Shown one piece after another: positions 52,226-61,965 of a stretch of DNA of 64,000 nucleotides; the stretch's first letter is position 1; each line of letters begins with the position of its first letter. Where the stretch lies: the NCBI RefSeq assembly GCF_001194135.2, contig NC_068996.1, positions 18,078,942 through 18,142,941 of the forward strand, in the 5' to 3' direction. This DNA comes from Octopus bimaculoides (lineage: Eukaryota). The notes beneath the pieces are model-generated. The model saw nothing but the letters and a program-made list of their open reading frames with translations. It did no database searches and was not told the DNA's origin. Position numbers and translations under genes: made by a program.

Positions 52226-52612
52226 GTAAAATGTTGTTTTAATTAGTTGGAAACTAGTTATTTTTGTGCATCATAATACTAAATAAATCATTGGTTTTCC
52301 AAAATATTTATGGAAAATTTTACAGAAATTTTGTTTTTCTTTGTCCTAGCTATCTGAGAATGACATTGGATCTTTTTCATGTTTATAAATCTTCCATTAA
52401 TGCATGTGATGAAAATTAAACTGAAAACTGTAAATAGGAGTGAAGCAAATAACAAATGTATATAATGTTGATCAGAGAAAGTTAAACATCATCATTTGTT
52501 ACTTAACTAATGTCTTAATGGACATATGACTGGTTTACATGTGACTTGAAACACTTGGGTTTCTAGTGGAACAGTTCGTGAATTAGATTTCATTGTAATA
52601 TTTCTTTTATAG

Positions 52613-52837
<225 letters not shown>

Positions 52838-53196
52838 TAAATGAAGAAATGTATAATTTTATTATAGGTCGTATAAGGATTCAATTACATTTCTATATGG
52901 TGTGTAGGGTAAAGGGATAAATGATAAAGTTTAAATACACACAGAAATGTATATTTCCATTTAGTAAATAGCAGTTTAAAAAATAAATTTTTTATCACTA
53001 CTTAATTTCCACGTATGTTGAACACTTGATGTCAACCTGTCTGAGACTGCTTATGGTTCTTCTTGTTTTAAAGTGACCTAAACTCTTCATCAAAATTTCA
53101 TAATTTGTTCCAAATACTAGCTTGATAGTGAGAAAATTATTATACTAATTCATTCATTAGTGTATTTCTACAGAAATAAGGTGACAAAAAGTTTAA

Positions 53197-53416
53197 TCCT
53201 TTAGCATTCAGATTACTCAGTCATATGCTTGTATATTATTCACATACTTTTGAGTCAGTCATACATTATCTTACAGCTTTGAGATTTTGATGTGATTGCT
53301 TATTTTTGCAATGACATAGGTATGGCATGTATAGGAGGTCAGTTTTAGCCAATATAAACATAAAACAAGTTGAATATTTGGGCTGAATAAATATGGCCAG
53401 TTTGAAAGCTAAAGGG
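53197..53416 (-). mobile_element. piggyBac-like MITE, antisense
   Basis: TTAA|TCCTTTAG...CTAAAGGG|TTAA. Confidence 0.7.
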
Positions 53417-53969
53417 TTAAATTCCAAACCTCAGCAAATCTGCTTGTGTTGATTGCTATTCAAAGACAAGGTAGACTACATTCTATAATGAAAAGTTTTC
53501 TTGACCTTGGTTTACTTAATTTATTCATTTATTTTCAAAACATGTCCACTTTTCCACAATGGCATGTGCTGGACAAAACATATTGGAATTTTTCTATGAC
53601 TAGATGCTTTCCTATCACCAACCCTCACCTGTTTACAAGTAAGGTAATATTTCCTCTGTTGCTCCAAACAACAAATAGTTTTCAAATGTCAGTGTAGTGT
53701 CAATATAGACATTGACAGCACTTGTGTGGATGGTGACCTTGTTTTTATGCAGCATACAAACATCATAATGAGGAAAGCGCAAGTGTGCTTGCATGTATGC
53801 ACAACTGGCTTCCTATAATTTCTACCTACCAATTCACTCATAGGGCATTGGTTAGTCTAAGGCCACACTGGGTGACACCTGACTACATTGCCATACACTA
53901 AGAAGGAACCCTAAGACATGTGGTCATAAAGTGAACTTCATGAAATATGTAACTTTATCAAGAATTAAG

Positions 53970-54013
<44 letters not shown>

Positions 54014-54133
54014 CTTAATTCCTGTTGAAATCAGTTTTATTGTTTGTTAATTTTGATATAGGTGACTGCTTTATGTTTTTATTTTGTTCCTTGTAAAACT
54101 GCTGATGCTTATTCTTGTAATTATTTCTTTTAG

Positions 54134-54248
54134 GTTAATCAGTGAAAGAACTATCGAAGAAAATATTTTAAAGAAAGCTGATCAAAAGCGCCTTTTAGGA
54201 GATGTGGCCATTGAGGGTGGAAATTTCACTACTGCCTTCTTTAAGCAG
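54134..54248 (+). CDS. dom: dom exon 31
   Basis: RLISERTIEENILKKADQKRLLGDVAIEGGNFTTAFFKQ; phase 2-0. Confidence 0.96.
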
Positions 54249-54598
54249 GTAGAATTCAGTGTTATTGATCATGAAATTTACCCAGTAAACAATATATATT
54301 GTGATTTGTGTTCCTGACTATATTGTTGGCAGTATATTATCATTAATCTCAGATTAATCAGTTAAGATAACCATTATCATCCAGCCACATCTCTTACACT
54401 ACTGAAACCCCCCACATAACTGGATGCCCACATCAACTTTACTGTACCCAAAGGTTCCCAACACTATTCCTTACATTCCTAACGATATCTCCATCCAGAT
54501 ACCCCCAATATACCCTTCTCTTTGATACTATATATCCTCCATTAAGCAACTTTCTCAGTCTGTCTTTAATCAAATGTGTAAACAATTATGGTTAAACT

Positions 54599-54650
<52 letters not shown>

Positions 54651-54653
<3 letters not shown>

Positions 54654-56850
54654 CACACATACCCAAGCCTGTTCCCCATTTTTTAGGATTGGGTAGCCAC
54701 AAGACACACCTGGCATTCCATTTATTTCTCAATTCAAAGGGGTGAACCCTGTTCTATGCTCGGGTCAAGGCAGAGAACACAACTGCCAATATCAGCAGTG
54801 AGGCTTGACAGCATCATGCTTGTTCTGTGCCCCTTTAAGCAATATCAATTTACTCATCTGTCCACAAACACTCTCCAAGTTTTCCTATCATTTATAAACT
54901 CGCTTGCCTCTCTCACTCTAACACCTCTAACCACCAAAGCTTTCCTCACTCCATCCATCCATCCACACAAACCAAGGTCTACCTCTGTTTCTGCTGCCTA
55001 CCACTTCAGCATTCATCACCCTCCTTACCATCCGCTTCTCATCCATCCTCTCCATGTGGCCAAACCACCTCAACATTCGTCTATCCAATTTGGTTGTTAG
55101 TTTTTCTCTCATTGCTGCTCATCTTTGCACCTCCTCATCCTCTCTATCCATGTCACACCAACCATAGCTCTGAAACATCTCATCTCAGACACATCTAGTC
55201 GCCTCCTTTCCACCTATCTCAACCCCCACATCTCTGCACCATATAACATTGTTGGCACAATCACGCCCTCATACACACCTCTTTCCATGTTCATGCTCAA
55301 CCATTTATCTCTCAGCATACCTTTCACAACTCCAAGTATCTTACTCCCCCTCCCTCACTCTGAATCCCACCTTCTCAACCAACTGTTGCATGTGACCCCA
55401 GGTACCTAAAAACACCTCCTCTAGCATCTTACCATTTATACTCACATCCATCCTACCAGCCATTCCATCTCTCAAACATCTCATCACCTTACTCTCAACT
55501 ACATTCACTTTCAGTTTCCTCCTCTCACGCATTCTTCCAAACTCAATCACCAGTCTCCTCAGTTGCTCTTCTGAATCCACCACCAGTGCTGTATCATAAG
55601 CAAACAACAACTGACTCACCTGCCATTTCTCTCTATTTTCTCCCACCATTTGGGCTCTCTTACCAAAGGTTCAAGCATTCACCTCTCTCACCACACCATC
55701 CATNNNNNNNNNNNNNNNNNNNNNNNNNNNNNNNNNNNNNNNNNNNNNNNNNNNNNNNNNNNNNNNNNNNNNNNNNNNNNNNNNNNNNNNNNNNNNNNNN
55801 NNNNNNNNNNNNNNNNNNNNNNNNNNNNNNNNNNNNNNNNNNNNNNNNNNNNNNNNNNNNNNNNNNNNNNNNNNNNNNNNNNNNNNNNNNNNNNNNNNNN
55901 NNNNNNNNNNNNNNNNNNNNNNNNNNNNNNNNNNNNNNNNNNNNNNNNNNNNNNNNNNNNNNNNNNNNNNNNNNNNNNNNNNNNNNNNNNNNNNNNNNNN
56001 NNNNNNNNNNNNNNNNNNNNNNNNNNNNNNNNNNNNNNNNNNNNNNNNNNNNNNNNNNNNNNNNNNNNNNNNNNNNNNNNNNNNNNNNNTGATCCGCACA
56101 CCTTCTTCCACCCTTAAAACCACACTGCTCCTCCCCTAGTACATTCTCTGTCTGGTTCCTCACCCTTACAATCAGAATTCTCCCATACAGTTTACCAACC
56201 ATACACAACAAACTTATACCCCTAAAATACCCACACTCACATTTATCCTCTTTCCCCTTGCACAGTGGCACTATACAGGCACTGCACCAGTCCTTTGGTG
56301 CCCTTCCAGCCATATAACAAACATTCACAAGCCTCACTAACCATTCAGTCACTGTCACTCCTCCTTTCTTTAGGCATTCCACTTATACCTGGCACCTTCC
56401 AGTTTGCCATCTTCCATAGGGATTCCCTCACCTCCTCTCTTCCAGTTGCATTGTAGTTCCGTTCCCCAACAGGCATTCTCCTCTCTCCTCCCTAAAGCTA
56501 CTATACTTGCCCCCCTAACATCCTCCACATTTAACAGCTCATTAAAATACTCTACCTGTCTCCTTTGTACATCCTCACTTCCTTTCAACAAATTTCCATT
56601 TACATCCTTCACCCTTTCTTCCTTTCCTCCAACCACCTCTTTATCTCTCCAAAACATCGTTTTATTTCTTACAAAATGTTCACTCAACTTTTTCCCAAAC
56701 CTTTCACTCGCCTCCCATTTTGCTACCCTCACCACTCTCTTCACTCTCCTCTTCACTTCTCTGTAACGACCATAAGCCTCTCCATCCCCTCTCTGCAACC
56801 ACTCTTCAAAAGCCCTTTTCTTCTCTGCCACTGCATTAAATATGTGGATT
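54651..56850 (-). mobile_element. 5'-truncated, inactivated RTE-clade LINE of a second family (RT domain), with N gap inside
   Basis: APKDWCSACIVPLCKGKEDKCECGYFRGISLL...GEEQCGFKGGRRCAD; SQLLFAYDTAL (catalytic YADD/FADD decayed to FAYD); MLRWFGHMERM...RGRP; frameshifts between ORF-track pieces. Confidence 0.92.
55704..56089. other. Assembly gap (N) inside LINE RT
   Basis: N run. Confidence 1.
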
Positions 56851-57759
56851 TTTTAAAATGCATTAAACAAAAAGAGGAGGATCCTGGTGAAGAGCTTGCT
56901 CTGCACCAGATGGCTGGACATGATTTGGGAAGTTCTCCAGAGGTTTCATGTCACCTTGGAGGATGCAGAGGAACTGACACGAGACTGCCAATGATGGAGA
57001 GCACTGGTGGACCTGGTTGGTTGTATGCATGATAACATCTCCTGGATCACTAACTTGGAATGACTCCAGACCCATCAAGTCAAGCCATTAAACAAAAATA
57101 TATATTTTAATCTTATCAATCATTAAAGTCGACAGTGATTTTACAATGTAGCGATTAATGAAAAAACATTCAAAAGGAGAAAATAAATACATTTTTTAGT
57201 ATTCTTTTAGCAGTTATTGAAGTATTTGTCAAATGGCTTCAGGAAAAGTTTAAAATGTGGATGAATATTTGAATCAATGTAGTCAAACTAAAGTACTTGG
57301 TCAGTGCAGTGACTCTGTGCAATATATATTGTAGAATGTCTGGCAGGCTGATAAAAGACTAGAACATGGGTGATAAGCAGAGGAACATTCACATATGTGA
57401 ACAAACGAGCTGTAAAAGGGGAAAATGGGTGATGAGTGTGGTAAAAATTTTTACAATGGTGATCACTGTCTGGATACATGACAATAAAAATATTGCTGTT
57501 TGCAGCTGAGATGACTAAAATGATATGAACATGAGTCACTGATGATCATGATAAAATGTATTGAGTTGAGTTGATATTGGATTGTAGATGTAAAGTTAGT
57601 TTTGGTCTTCACAAACAAGATAACATTGAAACTAAGTTTAATGTGTTACATAGTAGACTTATCCAGTAAATAGCTGTTTATGAAATATGTTTATAAACAA
57701 TCAAAATGACAGCATTTTTTTCTAAAGTATATACTAAAAGTTTTCTTCATAAATTACAG

Positions 57760-57948
57760 AATACTATCAAAGAATTGTTTGATGAGCCTACTGGATTGCA
57801 GGCTCTTGCTAAAGAAAGGGAAACTAAGAAACGCATTGAGTGGCCGAAAGAAGCGAAAGTATTAACCACAACGTTGGTACAAAAACCAGCAGTGAACAAA
57901 GTTTCAGAGCATGGAAAAGAATCTAATCTTATTACTCAATTGGAACAG
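57760..57948 (+). CDS. dom: dom exon 32
   Basis: NTIKELFDEPTGLQALAKERE...LITQLEQ; TTACAG| acceptor, CAG|GTGAAT donor; phase 0-0. Confidence 0.9.
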
Positions 57949-59126
57949 GTGAATATTGCATTAAATGCTTGGTATAAATCTTATTTGATTTCATTTGAAA
58001 AGGTGTTTGTTTATACACACACACATGTATTGTTAGATAATAAATTCTTCGGTATACACCTGGTAGCTTGTTCGTAAAGCATGTTCACTTACATTGTTCA
58101 TTGGGTGTCTGATTAATGAGAGAGATGAAAAATCGAAGATACGAGAATGTTTATTGACCACTACAATTGTCTCAACCCATCTAGTGTTGATCCCCCGTAT
58201 CTCCCATCTTCCGTTCCTCTCATTAATCATATGTATAATGTTAGCACAGTATGGTTAAATGCTTGAGAAGTTTGTGTTGCAACTATGAGGTTTTTTTATT
58301 CTGGTGCATGGCATTTTGAGCAGATCATCTTCTTTAGCATCAGGTTGGCCCATGCTTTATGCATTGACAGAAACTGTAGGAATGTTTATTTGGTGGGTTG
58401 TAGTTGTAATTCAAAGTTTCAACTTTGTCAAATAGTGTCATGCTAATTGTATCTGTGAATTTCTTTGAAGGTTATGTGGGGGTCTACTAATCCACTTACA
58501 TATTAAATTAGTGAGCTTGATGAGTATGATTGATTGAATAATTGAATACTCTCTGTTCTGACTGAGATCTGTGTGTGTGTGTAATCGCTCACTTTAGTTC
58601 ATCTGACAGGTTTCTTTGAGTTCATCCAACTATTCTTTCAAACCAATCTTTAGATTGCCCATGAGCTTTAGGATGCAAAATCTTCTGTGTAAGGTGTTGG
58701 GCTCATGATTACAAGGTTGTTGGTTTTGATCCCTGGACTGCAGTGTTTTGTGCGAGTAGCAGCTGAGCACTGATGGAGTACCCTCCTCTCTTTCTCTTCT
58801 GCTCTCAATTCCTGGATGGGAGTGCAGAGAGCGTGACTTTTTCTGCATATGACTACATTGGCCACACTGTTTCTAATCATTTTAAATACTTATTCTATTG
58901 TCATTCTATTTGAGTGATGGCCAAAATAAACCATGTCATAAATTTTAGGTAAGAATATTTTAAACTCAATAAGATTAGTTATTTTATTAAATTGCACAAA
59001 ATCCTTGATTGTTTTAGAAATCAGTTTAGGCATTAAGAATTTTTTTTTTTTTTTTTTTTTTTGCAGTAAATTGACAAAAGAGTTAAATGTTTCAGCATTA
59101 TTTTAAACATTAAAACATTTTTGTAG

Positions 59127-59309
59127 GCATTGTGTAAAGCAGAGGATGAGACTGATGTTATGGCTGCTGATTTGGTAAAAGCTGAACAAAAAGCAGAATT
59201 AGCAGAATTTGATGAAAACATCCCTTGGGATGATAAAGAGGCTGAGAGGAAGCAAGATGAAGACGAAACATCTAAGGTTGAGATGGAATTGAGTCTTTTG
59301 GAAAAAGAG
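59127..59309 (+). CDS. dom: dom exon 33
   Basis: ALCKAEDETDVMAADLVKAEQKAELAEFDENIPWDD...LLEKE|GTAAGC. Confidence 0.94.
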
Positions 59310-61149
59310 GTAAGCGAGTTTTTAACACTTGTAAAAGTTTTTTTTTTTTTTTTTTCTTGTCTTTAAAACATATTTACAAGCATCAGTAAAACTTTGGACT
59401 TATGTGATAGTCATTTTCTTGCAAAGTTCACCTCTTGATGAGGGACTACCATTCTGTGTATTGGGAATTGCAGTTTCAGAAATGAATTTTGTGTAAGCAT
59501 ATTATTTACTGATGAACATTAAAAGTAACATTTATGAAATAATTTTGACCAACCAATGTAGGGGCCTTTATGTAGTTGGTTAACCTGCTAGAAAGGACAA
59601 TCAAATTCTAATAAAATCTTACCATTGTGCAATGATTCCCAAACATCTTGATATCAGTCCCAATTCTCCAGAAAAATTTCTTCCCTCTATTCATCACCAC
59701 CACCACCATTATCATATAATGTCCATGATCCCTACTGACACTGGTCGGATACTTTGACAGGTTCCTATACATCATGGTCTATTGTCTGTTTTGGCATGGT
59801 TTCTATGGCTGGATGCTCTTCCTAATACCAACAACTTTACAGCGTAGTGGATGCTGTTTTCTGCAACCAACACTACTGAGGTTGCTATGCAGCTTGTAAG
59901 ACTATGAATTCTGAGTGGGGAGCTTTATATTGGATGACGAAGGGTAAAAGTATGAGAAAAGAGGCCGGAGCAGAACAAGTCTCTTGTAGAGGGGCCATAT
60001 GGCTATTCATATTTTAGAAGTGAGGGTACAAGTGATTGAGTGGCTCAGGAAAACAATAAAAATAGTAGTGATGAGGTGGATAGCAGGGATAAAGGAACCA
60101 ATGGTGTGGGTGGAGGTTGTAAGAGTATTGGAGGAATAAGACATGGGGAATGGGTGAGGGGAGGTAGGTATAGTTGAAATGCAGATATGTGATTGGTAGA
60201 TAATCAACAATGCATGAGTTATGGGAGGAAAGGGAAAGTAGAAGGATGAGAGAGAGAGATGATGTGGTTGTATAAGTTGCAGGAATGGACAAGGAGGAGA
60301 GAGATGGTAGCAAGCATAGTGCATGAGAATGAGAGAGGCATAGGAGGAGAGATAATTTTGTGATTCAGTGGCACTTGGTGATGGTGAAAGTGTGAGTGAG
60401 TAGAATAGTGTTAATGGATGGAGGATGGATAACAGATGAAATGATTTTGGGTAGTAAAAAGTGGTATCATGGAAGAACTGCAGTTAGGGAGACAATGGGT
60501 GATGGTGATGTCTTGAAGAGGAAGGAAACTGAGTAAAGAACCTAGTTTTGCTAACATATATATTTATGTGTGTAGGTTTTATTTATGCACACACATACCC
60601 ACATACAGCTTTATCAGAACTCATTTTTGCTGGTGTGAGTGGCTCTTTTTGAGAACTGCTTGTATCCATATAATTCTTTCTTACACCAGTCTTGGACAAG
60701 TTTAAAAACCACCTTGGTTTTGTTAAACAGCAATTTATTTGGATCTGTTTCAATATTTGCAGCAGCACTAACCTCCCCAAACATTTCTGTACAATCTTAA
60801 AGTGAGAACCATAGAAACACCAACAGAAATTAAGATAGAATAATCAGGTTTCATTTGGTTATAAATCCTGGCACAATTTAATCCTTTAGCATCCAAATTA
60901 CATTGTTAAATGTAATGCTTAGACATGATATTTTAAGGTAGATGTGAAAGGCCGGATCTGGATGGTTTAAACATAAAAATGGGCAGAATATGAGTTTAAA
61001 TAACATTTTTTGGTAGATGCCCTTTTACCCTCATTTCCTACTATGGTAACCAAGTATCCCTTCTACAGCAAGGCACTTATCTCTATCCCTCAATTATACT
61101 TTAACCACTCAACTGGCACAAAGCCAGCTCCCTCAGTACTGCTTCCTCT

Positions 61150-61355
61150 CCCAGTTGAAAGGTCTTTGTCTTGCAAATTACTTGGTGACTGTTGTTGGTG
61201 GCATGTAAAAAGCACCCAGTACGCTTTGTAAAGTGGTTGGCGTTAGGAAGGGCATCCAGCCACAGAAACCTTGCCAAAGCAGACAATGAAGCCTACTGCA
61301 AGCTATAGTCAAACTGTTCAACCCATGCCAACAAGGGAGATAGACGTTAAATGAT
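61150..61355 (+). mobile_element. RTE LINE 3'-end fragment
   Basis: GTGGTTGGCGTTAGGAAGGGCATCCAGCC...AACCCATGCC...GACGTTAAATGATA. Similar fragments lie near 28.8 kb (+), 35.1 kb (+), 31.3 kb (-), 41.4 kb (-) and 59.8 kb (-). Confidence 0.75.
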
Positions 61356-61529
61356 AATTATTCTTCCATTCCTTGTTAACCAAAGCAAGTTATAATGAAA
61401 GCTCTTTATCTTTTTTTTTGTGTCCAGTTCTTTTTCTCAGTATTTATATTTTCTAATTTTATTTTTTAAATTCAAAAATCGAAATTTGGTGTTTAAAATT
61501 TATATAATTCCTTCAATTTTCTTTTGAAG

Positions 61530-61613
61530 CTATCTCCTGTTGAGCGGTATGCTGTCCTTTTCTTGGAAACCCAAATGGAACCATTCTGTAGTGAGGAGCT
61601 TCAGATGGCAGAA
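61530..61613 (+). CDS. dom: dom exon 34
   Basis: LSPVERYAVLFLETQMEPFCSEELQMAE|GTAAGT; phase 0-0. Confidence 0.94.
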
Positions 61614-61830
61614 GTAAGTAAAATTAGTTTTAGAAGTCTGAGTTTGTGTGCATGCATTTGCATATTTATTTCTTTGATGTTTACCTTCAAAGCATTTTCA
61701 TTTTCTTGTCATAAAATTTAAAAGAGTTAATTAAAATATTTTTTTGGATGATAATATACAGTTGTAATTGAAGTAAAAATTTAACAAAGATAAAATGACT
61801 AACTAAGAATGTGTGCATTTTGTTTTGTAG

Positions 61831-61965
61831 GAGGATATTGAGAGTGCTAAAAAAGACTGGGAGTTGGCACGGCTCAAATCTCTGAAAGAAGAGGAAGAAA
61901 TAAGAGCTGAATTAGAAGAAGATGAGATGCTGTTTACATATACAAGGGATGATGCATATAATCAG
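61831..61965 (+). CDS. dom: dom exon 35, shared portion up to internal donor
   Basis: TTTGTAG| acceptor; EDIESAKKDWELARLKSLKEEEEIRAELEEDEMLFTYTRDDAYNQ, followed by CAG|GTGAAA. Confidence 0.93.

Noticed and set aside
58033-58230. Minus ORF with 'IFDFSSL', vaguely RT-like
   Set aside because: Too short and isolated to assign to any element.
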